A stretch of 50,021 nucleotides of DNA from Patescibacteria group bacterium (GTDB lineage: Bacteria > Patescibacteriota > Patescibacteriia > SG8-24 > DYFX01), in NCBI GenBank assembly GCA_038062835.1, contig JBBTWH010000020.1, positions 1 to 50,021 on the forward strand, in the 5' to 3' direction. A program made the position numbers and the translations under genes. Below are positions 11,101-20,087 of the stretch, one piece after another. Numbering within the stretch: the first letter of the stretch is position 1; the number at the start of each line of letters is the position of its first letter. Below the pieces are notes generated by a model. It made no database searches, was not told the origin of the DNA, and saw only the letters and a list, made by a program, of their open reading frames with translations.

Positions 11101-14100
11101 TCCGGGTCCGCGCCGGTGCGTCTACCCGATCGACGGCGGCCGGCGCGTCAGCAGCACGGCTGAACTTCGCCAGCCGCAGAACGCTTCCGGTTACCCCGGC
11201 ACCGCCTGCCGCGTCTATCCGCAGGAGGCCGCCCCGTTCCCGTCGTCCGTCGCCGATCCTGGCGGCTGGGACAATTCCGCCTCGGAAATCAACAACGGCA
11301 ATCCCGTCTTGATCGGACCGTCACCCGCTTTCGCCAGCGCGAACGTCTGCGAGCGCCGGCTCGTCAAGGGCGTCGAGGTCTCCTCATGCGAGTGCAGCTA
11401 TATCATCGCCAAGTACGGCGGCCAGTCCAGGTACTTCCCGGTCAAAGGCGGGGACGTGCCGCAAGGCTTCTGCGTAGGCGGACAGTTCGATGGTCACGAA
11501 TGCGATCCTCTCTCGACGGGCGCACGCAGCCCGAAGAGCCTTTCCTGCTGCACGAAGACCGCCGATCAGGGCCTCGTATCTTTCGATAACAGCTGCGACG
11601 ACGGCGCGCAGTGCGTCCGTCTGAGCAAGGTGGACCGCGTCGTCGGATACGAGGGTCAGTGCCTCGAGCGGGACTTCACGACCCCGATCAACGGGCGCAG
11701 CGACGAGTTCGCCTGCGTCACCTGGCGACCCGTCAACCTTATCGGAGGCTCCCGCGACATCTACAACCAGAACCAGTCCGCCGGTTACTTCGCGGCCGCG
11801 GACCGGCGCTTCTACTGCGTCGGCCATCAGCCGGGCTGGACGCTCCAGTTCGACATCCCCGCGCTCAACAAGGACGACGACGACCATGACAACAACCTCG
11901 CAGGAGACCTCGCTTTTGACGCCGACGGGGACGGAGAGCTCACCCCGCTCGACCTGGACATCATGAAATTCTTCGGTCCCGGAACGATTTCCGGCGCCAC
12001 CGGACAGTCCGGCTGGCGGATGGACTGCGAAGTGAACGGCGACGAATCCAGCACCGGAGGCTGGTGCGTCTGGCCGGGACTCTCGACGCCTAGCAATAAG
12101 CCGAAAATCGAGGATGGCAAGTCCGTGAGCTGCAGTTCGCCGACGTCGGACTGCGGGAGCGGGTATCACTGCGCCATTACGCCCGACGACGTCGAGGGCG
12201 CGTGCGTCTCGGATCAGACCGACTACACGCTGCAGTCGCAGGCGCTGGGCATCCTCGGCTGCTACGAGCTTGCCGACGGCGGCTCGACCGACCAGCAGTA
12301 CATCGAATGGCCGTATATCGGCCCGCCGGTCTACCGCCAGCAGCTCGCAAGCATCTACTTCCAGATCACGGACGACATCTACGATTACGAGGCTCCGCTC
12401 CAGCCGGGCGAAGTCAATGTCCGCGCGACGGAGTCCGTGACGTGTCCCGGCGACCCGCGATGCGTTTGCCCGCCAAGCGGCTGCAGTGTCAGCCATCAGA
12501 CCCACCCGAGCTTCGCCGACGTCATCACGAACCCGCATCAGAACGTCATCGCCGACTGCAACGACGATGGGGGCGACAACATCGACAACGAGGATAACGA
12601 GAGCATCGACAGTTCCCCAGTCTCGGAAAGCGACGTCGTGACCCTTCCGGACCACGGCCGTGTCCGGAGCGTCTTCCATCTGGAAGAGAAGAACGGCTGG
12701 AGGGTGGATCCGTCCGACGGCGAGGGCGTCATCATCCTTTCGGCGTCCTTCAACGGCAACGGGCAGCTCATCGGACTCAAGCTCGCCGCTTCGGATTCGG
12801 ACGAAGAGGGCGCGTTCGGCATCAACCGCGTCGGTTTCCAATACAAGCCGGGTTGCGAACAGATCGCGCAGGTGGACCAGCCGGACGAGTTCGGCGCGAC
12901 GGTCGCGTTCACGGACTCGGTGAACTCCTACCGCGACTTCCAGGCGTCGAACATGCGCGACACGTTCAACGATTCCCGTAATTTCGGCGACGCTTGCCGC
13001 CCGTACGGCGCCATCGGCGCCGTCACGAGCGCCCCGACCGCGGCCGGATCGGTCGGCGCGACGCGTTCGCCGTGGACCTACGTCGCAGGCCGCCGCGTCG
13101 ACGATGTCGCGCAATGCACGGATCTGGACTTCATGAAGGGCGTCGTGTACTGGAAAGAGCGCCCCGAGGACCAGCGAAGCGCCGTGAGTCCGGCCCCGAC
13201 CCCGCTCGAGCTCTGGGGCCAGAGCGTTCGCCGCCTGTTCCGCAGCGTTTTCGCGGTCTGGGACTATCGGCGGCTCCTTCCGGACGCTACGCAAGGGGAC
13301 TACACGCGCGCGACGGGCGCGAACCAGACGTTCGACGAGACTTCCCTTGTCGATTCGACGTCGCTCCTCATACGCGGCAGGAACAGCGTGGGTTGGTACC
13401 CGCCGCGCATAGCTTCAGTCGACCTCGACACCTGCCGATCGGACGGATCATGCGCGCCTATGCGGCTTCGCGCCCTGACGGTCAACGGCAGGGACGACGG
13501 CCTGGTACCGGGGGCGGACGGAGCCATGAACGTGACGGCGAAGTTCTTCGCCTGGGCCGGACATGATGCCATGCCGATCGTCAGCCGCTCCATCATGTGG
13601 GGAGACTTCTCTCCGAGCGAGCCGCAGGCGAAAGGCTGGTACAAGAACCAGAAGCCGTTCTGTTCGCCCGACACGACCGACGAGAACGCGGTCGGCGAGT
13701 GCGACAACGGCCTCGGACTGACCTGCAACGCCTCGGCCGACTGCCCGGACGACGGCGCCTGCACGACGGTCGGCAACCATTTCGGCAACACGCCCGGAGC
13801 CTGCGCGGCCGCGCCGTACCAATTCGACCACACCTACACCTGCTCCCTGCGCGACCTGCAAGCGATGCCGGCATGCAGCCCGACGAATCCCGCCGACAAC
13901 GCCCCGTGCCATCGCATGATCGCCGGGTCGCCGGTGTGCGTCTATCGCCCGAAGGTGCAGATCGTCGACAACTGGGGCTGGTGCAACTGCACCGGCAGCG
14001 GCTGCGACGAAAACTTCGGCGCCTACAGCTCGATCGACGGCGCGGCCGACGGCTGCGACATCTCGAACGCTCCCGCGAACGCGAAACCGTGGACCGAATT

Positions 14101-14170
14101 CGGCGGTGAGGTGCGTCTTGCCCCGAACTTCCGCGATGGCCAGGCCTTCACGTCGATCACTGCCCCATGA
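5159..14170 (+). CDS. Giant (3003 aa) exported Cys-rich surface protein with CBM4/9-like modules
   Basis: Uninterrupted 9 kb ORF; signal/anchor; NPGFED and NPSFED module starts; many C-x6-C motifs; DADGDG loop; ATGA-coupled to the next gene. Confidence 0.88.
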   Translation: MRGRIPSFRKKSIAAALATFVGIVSFGIFLFASRSATAAPVEVTNVSPGEAVLIADEKQQTAQGIKAGLHDSAQAGRETRKEAEAKWTVSLTNTAAVAVLNGLNYFAQKIAYDAAVYVSSGGKGQVPLIFDRPGAYFKSVTGDAAGEILGTLTTDPATFGKYGVNLCVPKDPKLALNLKLGFLKSLPSFGVGSAPVSKCSWDSISTNWETFTGQSSADVLDNVGVMFSPGESSLAAAIEVNSVALKEINLRTYTAGIEQAVGDGFKPVVDKISGTLKTPASTVKKTFEYSVDEGYKVKDNTTLIAGSAFGAGALGVLSPALKTFAGVLTDKLTKKIFEQGLISISDLLGGDDGDKNLEFDAAPSMGGRATAELANASLLTPKILTVSNYNELLDFASCPEENRTPSNCVIDQQFYGALSRVEQGVTVTLRQAIQQGYLNRNWQLLPLAHRKNLQGNCFNEAFCYSNLVKLRKARIIPAGWEIAANSPFNESSRPVTLGEAMDRFNDCPMTTDADGEQVVDTTRLPDPAHPWCHLVDPEWVLKYPASLCRQRGPGPTPVSSQSANRAQVCVDVATCVSEDASGNCIGGYGYCVREKSAWKLDADACPAHYASCSTYQRAGGGTVSYLSNTLDGAACNSQNAGCRQYSLSPNAVPNPGFEDALGDEPRDWTLSAQARYHRGGRLSSRGSGAVGVSGGARGGVRVGGLLPGTAYRLSGSVMQEDENTTALGTIRVALLDDAGAAIDAGTLTTTCESDGTGTAVDLDIVSTSLGYLSGACEITLPEDAVAAEITIFSDAAGDNRTWFDEIGLFGGSFSASPYDAVFMNAKAEKCADDQAGCSRFARLATGTLNVLRNPSFEDAEGDLPAFWKGASASRYENSTLLGQNGISAYALSTVPITQTIDGITADASYAFSVFSRREASGATSGTARIQIYDSSRPPAPVAPVAVDGCDLVGDAIVVDLADGADFALSECRFTTPQEAGSAVISLSANALAPRILADAAQLELSVRATSFHAGYSAATERVFLKKAPGGLNCVGSNPSPECAKYAPSCRRDEVGCNSYQPLDGGIAVPAVTTDADACPSECSGYDTFRQEPSDFNDAEFPVFLIPPTAQSCTASEAGCSEFTNIERLAAGGESREYYSYLRLCAEPGPRSATYYTWEGSGESGDGIRLRSWALLRSDIAAAAIGESDPTGGNAPCTKLAYDVSGRPVCADDAVSVAAASCSKGLVGSYPDCREFYDDAGNIHYRLYSKTVVSTEECKEYRITKTTETECGSHGGFWKNGECRYRSYAAESVSCRAEAAGCRAYSGNASRNLRVVFTDTLENGTTDGWVSAPGAGSTLDVVNSNESVAAAGHSLKVARAEVFKDVALSLRRGRQYVLTFWAKGTGDLTARLNRMQGASFTLDRVSGTEKPISLTTEWKPYQVGPIELASAPASDEHVVIERLGGGSPLMYLDNIELRELTENIFLIDGSWETPASCDETPAGDAAPQYMLGCRAYSDKDRIRAHFKSFEKLCRPEAVGCEALYDTRNSESPYAQAFNAVCSLPDGPDAGAAPDVCTELSCPCAFSGKQVCEVVLGSSSCRFDADEEVPPENVSPTGDTARVAADGIVYLVNDKRFRCESSNMGCSELGDRTMNPDRLAVRSWSKKTLKNLPSSYATTLCKSSEEFCQAYTSRADGAQVYFKDPDTRVCEFREATTLSSNGVNGNGWFRKGSNEPCDDEFLEAGTRFGIWKNSDARYEGWAGTCEARYDMCKEFIDPEDRSAGYEGGKAYFAIMNDRLDVKTCQGRASLRQSPLGANDASACVLFWQTDDLKKRYDAKLTYEASEAANGALVTPLSGADDTANVIIKVKRDRQCGEWLDCRSSENVFNATTGQYQSVCTAFSLCAEFERAGDTTRCVRYVESSYSGRTLTPGIYAGRDVSWEGMEYSGYGIPNRYPVEELVTFNVGPSSTSPELRLVRSIGTCSEAYGAACGPAGDKGTCMGPGPRRCVYPIDGGRRVSSTAELRQPQNASGYPGTACRVYPQEAAPFPSSVADPGGWDNSASEINNGNPVLIGPSPAFASANVCERRLVKGVEVSSCECSYIIAKYGGQSRYFPVKGGDVPQGFCVGGQFDGHECDPLSTGARSPKSLSCCTKTADQGLVSFDNSCDDGAQCVRLSKVDRVVGYEGQCLERDFTTPINGRSDEFACVTWRPVNLIGGSRDIYNQNQSAGYFAAADRRFYCVGHQPGWTLQFDIPALNKDDDDHDNNLAGDLAFDADGDGELTPLDLDIMKFFGPGTISGATGQSGWRMDCEVNGDESSTGGWCVWPGLSTPSNKPKIEDGKSVSCSSPTSDCGSGYHCAITPDDVEGACVSDQTDYTLQSQALGILGCYELADGGSTDQQYIEWPYIGPPVYRQQLASIYFQITDDIYDYEAPLQPGEVNVRATESVTCPGDPRCVCPPSGCSVSHQTHPSFADVITNPHQNVIADCNDDGGDNIDNEDNESIDSSPVSESDVVTLPDHGRVRSVFHLEEKNGWRVDPSDGEGVIILSASFNGNGQLIGLKLAASDSDEEGAFGINRVGFQYKPGCEQIAQVDQPDEFGATVAFTDSVNSYRDFQASNMRDTFNDSRNFGDACRPYGAIGAVTSAPTAAGSVGATRSPWTYVAGRRVDDVAQCTDLDFMKGVVYWKERPEDQRSAVSPAPTPLELWGQSVRRLFRSVFAVWDYRRLLPDATQGDYTRATGANQTFDETSLVDSTSLLIRGRNSVGWYPPRIASVDLDTCRSDGSCAPMRLRALTVNGRDDGLVPGADGAMNVTAKFFAWAGHDAMPIVSRSIMWGDFSPSEPQAKGWYKNQKPFCSPDTTDENAVGECDNGLGLTCNASADCPDDGACTTVGNHFGNTPGACAAAPYQFDHTYTCSLRDLQAMPACSPTNPADNAPCHRMIAGSPVCVYRPKVQIVDNWGWCNCTGSGCDENFGAYSSIDGAADGCDISNAPANAKPWTEFGGEVRLAPNFRDGQAFTSITAP

Positions 14171-17049
14171 ACTTCTTCAGCCGCATCGCAGACGCCGTCC
14201 GCCCCGCCCTCGTGAAGAAGGCGTGGCTTCTGCGTGTCATGGCGCTCATCGGCAGCGCCGCCTTGATGACCGTTTCGATCCCGAACCCCGCCGAGGCCTG
14301 TAGCATCAGCGATATACCATCGTGCGTCGCCCTCATCTTCATCAAGATCTTCCAGCTGCTGACCGCCCTGATGGGCTGGATCCTCGTGCTGGAAGTCGAC
14401 GCGCTCATCCGCATCTCGCAGTACCACAACTTCGTCTCGCCCGGACCGTCGGCGGTGCAGGTCGGCTGGATCGTCACGCGCGACCTCGCCAACATGTTCT
14501 TCATCGTCGTCCTGCTCATCATCGCCTTCGGCACCATCCTGGGCTCGAGCACCTACCACTACGAGAAGAACCTGGCGCGCCTGCTCATCATGGCCGTCGT
14601 CATCAACTTCTCGAAGACCATCTGCGGCATCTTCATCGACATGGGGCAGGTCATCATGCTCACGTTCGTCAACGGCTTCAAGGAAGCCGCCGGCGGAAAC
14701 TTCGTGAACGCCTTCCAGGTCAACAAGCTGCTGGCGCTGGCGGACTCCGGCGGGGGCACGTATGACTTCGGCATGGTCGTCGCGATGATGTTCGCGTTCA
14801 TCCTGACCGCCATCGCCGCCAGCGTCGTGCTGGTCATGCTCGTCATCATGATCTACCGCGTCGTGATGCTCTGGGTGCTCATCATCCTTTCGCCGATCGC
14901 CTTCCTGGCGAGCGCCGTACCCAAAGGAGGGGAGTACTACTCCCAATGGTGGACGGAATTCAAGAAGTACATCATTACGGGGCCGGTCATCGCTTTTTTC
15001 CTGTGGCTGGCCCTCGCCAGCGTCCAGCACGCCGGCACGCAGCCTTGCCCGACGCCGCCGTGCAGCCTCGCGAGCCAGGGATTGCCGCCGGGTTCGGCCG
15101 CTTCAAGGGGCGAGGCCGCGAGCGCCACCAGGATCGGCGACAGCCAAATCCCCACTGAAGCGGGCGCCTCGTCGGACGTCATCATGAACATGATCATCGC
15201 CATCTGCATCATGTTCGCGGGACTCAAGTTCGCGTCTGAGAGCAAGGTCCTCGGCGCGGGAGTGGCAGGCAGCATCAGGAGCAGAGCTCAAAAGTACGCG
15301 CGTGCCGCCGCGATGGGCAGTTTGAGGCTCGGTACGGGCAGTCTGAAGCGCGACATGAAGCGCGCGGCGTCCCCACTGATGAGCGTCGGAGGCGGGGTAC
15401 TGGCGAAAGTGCCGCTCATCGGCGGTCTCGGACGCGCTGCGGTCCTGACCAGCGAGAAATGGAAGAAGGAACGCCAGGCATCCGCGGAGAAATTCGCCGG
15501 CGGCGCCGAGGACTTCGCGCGCCTCAGTCCCGGCGCCTTCAATCGGAATCTCAAGTCGCTTGCCAAGAAGGGCTCGATGGATCCGCTCGACAAGAAGCGT
15601 CTCGACGGCATGGTGCGTGCCGGTCTCGCCGATCCGAAGACGGCCCAGGCGATGGGCAAGAGCGGAGACGGAGCTTTCGCGCTCAGTCAGCTGGTGGCCG
15701 GTTCGAAGGGCAAGGGTCTTCAGGATGCCGTCGGCCTTGCCATGTCGGATCCGAACGCCAGACAGTGGGCGAAGAACGACCCTACTTTCGCGGCTGCCAT
15801 GTACGACAAGGTCAAGCGTGAGGCATTCGACGAGAACGGCGGCATCAAGGACGCCAGCATGCTCAAGACCATCGGGGAACTTGAGCAGAAATTCGCTCCG
15901 CAGCTCCTTTCGACGGGCAAGATCGATGGAAGCAAGCTTAAGAACATCGTGCCGAAGATGCCTGTCGATGACCTGAAGGTCCTTCCGAAGGAAGCGATGG
16001 CTCAGTTCATGCCGTACTTGAACGCCGGGCAGATGCGACAGTTGGCGCAGGACGGGACTCCGGCAACGCATGAGGCGATGTTGGCGGCATATAAGGACAC
16101 CAAAGATGACGCCGTACGGAAGGACATGCTCGCTAAGATCGCCGCCGGTGAAATTCCGGCTTCGTGGTTCGCTAACGCCGAAATCGCGGACAACGTCCTT
16201 GATCGCACGAAGGGCGACGCCAAGGCTCGCAGCGACGCTCTTGCGAAGGATAAGGATGGGCGTCTTGCGGCCCGCGCCGGGAAACGCCTGGAGGAGGCGC
16301 TCGGACCTCAGGGTGATTCCACCAAGTTCGTGGCCGCCCTTCCGGACGCGATTTCCCTCGGTTCTCTGAAAACTTCGGCCATCAACTCTGATGCGAAGCT
16401 CCAGGCCGCCATCAAGCAGAACGCCAACCAGATCGATATCCCGGGACTCGGCCGCAATATCTCGGTCAGCGATACGGAAAAGACGGACGCGGCCGTGGCG
16501 ATGGCATTGCTCATCGGCGACGTCAACCCGGAGAAGATCCAGAACGCGCGCAAGAGCGGAATGAACGAGCACGTCCTGCCTTCGAGAGGCGAGATGGAGA
16601 CGAGGGCGTCGCAGGCGCGTAGCGCGCAGAGCGCTTCGCTCGGTTCGGAGGCTCCGGAGATGCTCGACGCACTCCAGAAACAGCTTTCGGCCCTGCAGGC
16701 CAGCTCAGCAGTCGCGCCTTCCGCTGCGGCGACCGAAGAGGTCGGCAAGCTCACGGCCGCCATCCAGGGTCTCCAGCAGTCCGTCGCGAAGCGCGACGAG
16801 GCCTTGAAGAGCCTGGAAGCGATGCGTGATCGGATCGGCATGGCCGAAGGAAACGATAAGGTCGCCGCTACGTTGCCGATGCCCAAGGAACAGCTCGACG
16901 CCCTCAAGTCCGCCGCGCAAGGCTTCGAGAAGCGGCTGGATGAGCTCGATAATGCCATCGCCAAGACGGTCGCCGACGTGAAGGGCGTCAAATTCGACGC
17001 CGGCAAGCAAGGCGGCGGCCAGAACCGCGGCGGCCGGCGCCAAGGCTGA
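14167..17049 (+). CDS. VirB6/TrbL-like polytopic membrane protein with long helical cytoplasmic tail
   Basis: GWIVTRDLANMFF, LARLLIMAVVINFSKTI, RVVMLWVLIILSPIAF, QWW..F: VirB6-like TM pattern; context next to PrgI/VirB4. Confidence 0.72.
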   Translation: MNFFSRIADAVRPALVKKAWLLRVMALIGSAALMTVSIPNPAEACSISDIPSCVALIFIKIFQLLTALMGWILVLEVDALIRISQYHNFVSPGPSAVQVGWIVTRDLANMFFIVVLLIIAFGTILGSSTYHYEKNLARLLIMAVVINFSKTICGIFIDMGQVIMLTFVNGFKEAAGGNFVNAFQVNKLLALADSGGGTYDFGMVVAMMFAFILTAIAASVVLVMLVIMIYRVVMLWVLIILSPIAFLASAVPKGGEYYSQWWTEFKKYIITGPVIAFFLWLALASVQHAGTQPCPTPPCSLASQGLPPGSAASRGEAASATRIGDSQIPTEAGASSDVIMNMIIAICIMFAGLKFASESKVLGAGVAGSIRSRAQKYARAAAMGSLRLGTGSLKRDMKRAASPLMSVGGGVLAKVPLIGGLGRAAVLTSEKWKKERQASAEKFAGGAEDFARLSPGAFNRNLKSLAKKGSMDPLDKKRLDGMVRAGLADPKTAQAMGKSGDGAFALSQLVAGSKGKGLQDAVGLAMSDPNARQWAKNDPTFAAAMYDKVKREAFDENGGIKDASMLKTIGELEQKFAPQLLSTGKIDGSKLKNIVPKMPVDDLKVLPKEAMAQFMPYLNAGQMRQLAQDGTPATHEAMLAAYKDTKDDAVRKDMLAKIAAGEIPASWFANAEIADNVLDRTKGDAKARSDALAKDKDGRLAARAGKRLEEALGPQGDSTKFVAALPDAISLGSLKTSAINSDAKLQAAIKQNANQIDIPGLGRNISVSDTEKTDAAVAMALLIGDVNPEKIQNARKSGMNEHVLPSRGEMETRASQARSAQSASLGSEAPEMLDALQKQLSALQASSAVAPSAAATEEVGKLTAAIQGLQQSVAKRDEALKSLEAMRDRIGMAEGNDKVAATLPMPKEQLDALKSAAQGFEKRLDELDNAIAKTVADVKGVKFDAGKQGGGQNRGGRRQG

Positions 17050-17057
17050 TCCGAATT

Positions 17058-18842
17058 ATGACGCTCACCGACGTCCTGCAGAGAAAGATCGCCGCGCTCC
17101 CCGGCCCGGTGCAGGACTACCTGTACTCCGAGGCGGCCGGCGACCTGAACGACAAGATCATCACGCGCAACAAGCTCGCTGAAGACCAGGAGCCCGCGCT
17201 CTTCGGACTGCTCCGCGAGATTTTCGTGAAGGAACTCGCCATGAAGGACTTAGGCAGCGAGGTCAAGAAGCGTTTCGGCTTCGATGAGCTCCGATCCAGG
17301 CAGCTCGCCGTCGACATCGCCGGCTTCCGCCTCCTTCCTCTCGACAAATGGCTCGGCGACGTGGACGGCCATATCCGCTCGCTTGGGGGGAATCCGGCGC
17401 AGTACCCGGAATTCCGCGTTCGGATCGAGCATCGCACGCCGGAAGAGGCGGCGCTTGACATCGTGGAAGAATCAGTCACGAGCGTCGCCGAACCGCGTAC
17501 GCAGGTTCGATTGCGCGGCGTCGTCGAATCGTTCCTGGCGGGCGTCCGCACCGAGGATCAGACCAAGGAAGTCCTGACGCGCCCGGAGAAGATCGGCGGA
17601 CTCGGCTTCAATCCGCAGGATGCGGCGCGCGTCCTCGAGGAGGCGCGGGAAGAGACGCGTTCGGTCATCATCGACCGCGAGGTCTCTGCGGCCACGGCGA
17701 AGGCGTCCGCCGCGCCTGCCCCAGTCAAGAAGAAACAGGACGATTTCTCCACCATCAAGCCGGAGGATGAGGCGGAAATCGAGAAGTTCAAGCAGGTCGT
17801 CTTGCCGGCCAAGGGCGTGGAAAAAGCCGACGAGACCGCCAAGCGCATCGAAGCCTCCATCGACGGCATCTATCTCGCGTCCGGCCTGCGGACAGAGGAC
17901 GAAGCGATGGCGAAGCGCGTCAAATCCGTCATCGCCAACCGCGTGCGCGACGTGCGCGACCAGATGGAGACGCTCGAGACCATGGTCCAGCCGAAGGAGC
18001 TCGGGGGATTGGGCCTGAGCCAGGACGCCGCCCGCGCGCTCCTGAACGCCATCCAGGCGAAACTCCGCGAGGTCCACGACGCGCACGCCGTCCAGACCAT
18101 GACCGAGAAGACTGAATGGGTCGAGAAGGAACGGACGCAGAAAGCTGAGAATGCGGAACTCGAACAGAAGAGCGCCGAGACGGATCTCGAGCGCCTGTAT
18201 TCGAGCATCGTCTCCAAATCCAAGAAGGCGAAGCAGAACGCGCCCGTCGCGCCCGCCGTCGTCATCGCAGCGGTACCTGCCGTTTCCGCACTGACGCCTC
18301 CGCCCAACCTGCCGATCGCGACGACGAACCCCGTCCCGCCCGAGCTTCGCGCGCCCGCCATCGTGCCGTTGCCGCCGCCAGCCACGGCTCCCGCGCCGAG
18401 CCCCGTCCTTCCGCCGCTCACGTTGGTGCGGCCGACGCCCGGGGTCGCAGTCATGCCCCAGGTCCAGGGCACGGCGGACGCGCCCAAGCCCCGCATGGAA
18501 GACGTGAAGCCGATGGCGAGACTGACCGGTCCCGTCGAGGAACTCCGCGCCATCGCCATCGTCGACTTCCGCCGGCTTTCCAAGGATCCTTCCGAAGCCT
18601 GCCTGAAGATCAAGGACAAGATCGATATCCTGGCCGAGCAGTCTTACACCCGACGCACCGAAGCCATCGCGGCCTGGAGGGCTTCGGAGCCGGTGCGCAC
18701 CTACCTGGAGCTGATGGGGGAGGGATTGAACGGCACGCCGCTCAAGGACGCCGTCGCCGCTCGTCAGGCGGCCAAGAAGCCATACCTGACCCCGGAAGAG
18801 TTCCAGGCGGTCGCCGCGTTCAGCAGACAGCTCAGGTATTAG
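17058..18842 (+). CDS. Hypothetical soluble protein with internal duplication and Pro-rich linker
   Basis: 594-aa ORF with host-like codon usage; two KxGGLG-containing repeats. Confidence 0.8.
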   Translation: MTLTDVLQRKIAALPGPVQDYLYSEAAGDLNDKIITRNKLAEDQEPALFGLLREIFVKELAMKDLGSEVKKRFGFDELRSRQLAVDIAGFRLLPLDKWLGDVDGHIRSLGGNPAQYPEFRVRIEHRTPEEAALDIVEESVTSVAEPRTQVRLRGVVESFLAGVRTEDQTKEVLTRPEKIGGLGFNPQDAARVLEEAREETRSVIIDREVSAATAKASAAPAPVKKKQDDFSTIKPEDEAEIEKFKQVVLPAKGVEKADETAKRIEASIDGIYLASGLRTEDEAMAKRVKSVIANRVRDVRDQMETLETMVQPKELGGLGLSQDAARALLNAIQAKLREVHDAHAVQTMTEKTEWVEKERTQKAENAELEQKSAETDLERLYSSIVSKSKKAKQNAPVAPAVVIAAVPAVSALTPPPNLPIATTNPVPPELRAPAIVPLPPPATAPAPSPVLPPLTLVRPTPGVAVMPQVQGTADAPKPRMEDVKPMARLTGPVEELRAIAIVDFRRLSKDPSEACLKIKDKIDILAEQSYTRRTEAIAAWRASEPVRTYLELMGEGLNGTPLKDAVAARQAAKKPYLTPEEFQAVAAFSRQLRY

Positions 18843-18860
18843 CCTCACCGGCATCCCGAG

Positions 18861-18892
18861 CCCCGGCCTTCGCCGGGGTAAACTTCGCCGGG
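18861..18892. repeat. Short palindromic element CCCCGGC-CTTC-GCCGGGG followed by a CTTCGCCGGG direct repeat
   Basis: Read directly in the intergenic gap. Confidence 0.5.
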
Positions 18893-18898
18893 AATCTG

Positions 18899-18907
18899 TG
18901 ATATAAT
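18899..18907 (+). promoter_or_regulatory. Extended -10 promoter TGnTATAAT 6 nt upstream of the prgI ATG; leaderless-type
   Basis: TGATATAATcgcctcATG. Confidence 0.7.
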
Positions 18908-18913
18908 CGCCTC

Positions 18914-19363
18914 ATGCAACAGTTCGTGGTACCTCAATTCATCGACGTCGAGGACAAGATTCTCGGGCCGATCACGACCCGCCAATTCGCCATCCTCATG
19001 GTCACGGCGCTCGTGATGTTCATCATCTACAAGATCCTGGTCACGCTGCGGCCCGTCGACGGCATCTGGTTCGCGCTCGCGGTCGACGTGCCTCTGCTGG
19101 GGGCCGCATTGACGGTGGCGTTCGTGCGCGTCAACGGCCAGCCCTTCCATTACTTCCTGTTGAACTTCTTCCAGACGTTCCGGCGTCCGAACGTCCGCGT
19201 CTGGAACAAGGACCTTACCGACGCCGAGATCATCGCCTTTTCGAAGGTAGAGATCCCGCCGCCGCTTCCAGCGAAGATCTACAAGGAGGCTCCCACGACC
19301 TCGCGGCTTTCGGAGCTCGCTCTTATCGTGAACACCGGCGGCGTCTATCGCCCGGAGGACTAA
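18914..19363 (+). CDS. prgI: PrgI family protein (VirB3-like)
   Basis: QFVVPQFIDVEDKILGPITTRQF N-terminus, two TMs, directly upstream of the VirB4 genes. Confidence 0.85.
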   Translation: MQQFVVPQFIDVEDKILGPITTRQFAILMVTALVMFIIYKILVTLRPVDGIWFALAVDVPLLGAALTVAFVRVNGQPFHYFLLNFFQTFRRPNVRVWNKDLTDAEIIAFSKVEIPPPLPAKIYKEAPTTSRLSELALIVNTGGVYRPED

Positions 19364-19382
19364 ATCGGCTGCTGGAGGAGCT

Positions 19383-20081
19383 ATGGCCAATGAACAGCTG
19401 ATGCAAAGCAAGAAGCTCGCCGGATCGAAGCCCGCCGCTTCGACCCAGCGGTTCTTGGACATCGCCGAGATCCGCGAGGACATCGTCGTCATGAAGGACG
19501 GCACGCTACGCGCGGTCCTGCTCGTCTCCAGCATCAACTTCTCCCTCAAGTCCGAGGACGAGCAGCAGGCCATCATCGGCGGCTACGTGTCGTTCCTCAA
19601 CTCGCTCGAGTCGCCTATCCAGATCCTGGTCCAGTCCCGGAAGCTGAACGTCGACGATTACCTGAACCGCCTCAAGGAGCACGAGAAGACGCAGACGAAC
19701 GAACTGCTGCGCAACCAGATCGCCGATTACCGGCAATTCGTCGGCGAACTCGTCACGCTCGGCGAGATCATGCAGAAGAAGTTCATCGTGGTCGTGCCGT
19801 ACAATCCCGCCAGCGCCCAGCGCAAAGGCTTCTTCGCGCGCATGTCGGAGGTGCTTTCGCCGCTCGTCTCGGCCAAGATCCGCGAGGACCAGTTCCAGGC
19901 GCGCAAGAAGGAACTCATGGTCAAGGTAGACTCGGTGCGCTCCAGCCTGAACTCGATGAGCCTCGCCAACGCCATGCTCGACACCCAGAGCCTGATCGAG
20001 CTGTATTACTCCGCCTATAACCCGCAGTCGATGGAGTCGCAGAAGCTCCCGAAGGTGGGCGAAGTCCAGGTCGAACCATAA
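19383..20081 (+). CDS. TraC/VirB4 N-terminal-like accessory protein
   Basis: STQRFLDIAEIRED, SSINFSLKSEDEQ, FLNSL..PIQI; GGAGGAG SD. Confidence 0.7.
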   Translation: MANEQLMQSKKLAGSKPAASTQRFLDIAEIREDIVVMKDGTLRAVLLVSSINFSLKSEDEQQAIIGGYVSFLNSLESPIQILVQSRKLNVDDYLNRLKEHEKTQTNELLRNQIADYRQFVGELVTLGEIMQKKFIVVVPYNPASAQRKGFFARMSEVLSPLVSAKIREDQFQARKKELMVKVDSVRSSLNSMSLANAMLDTQSLIELYYSAYNPQSMESQKLPKVGEVQVEP

Positions 20082-20087
20082 CGCGCT

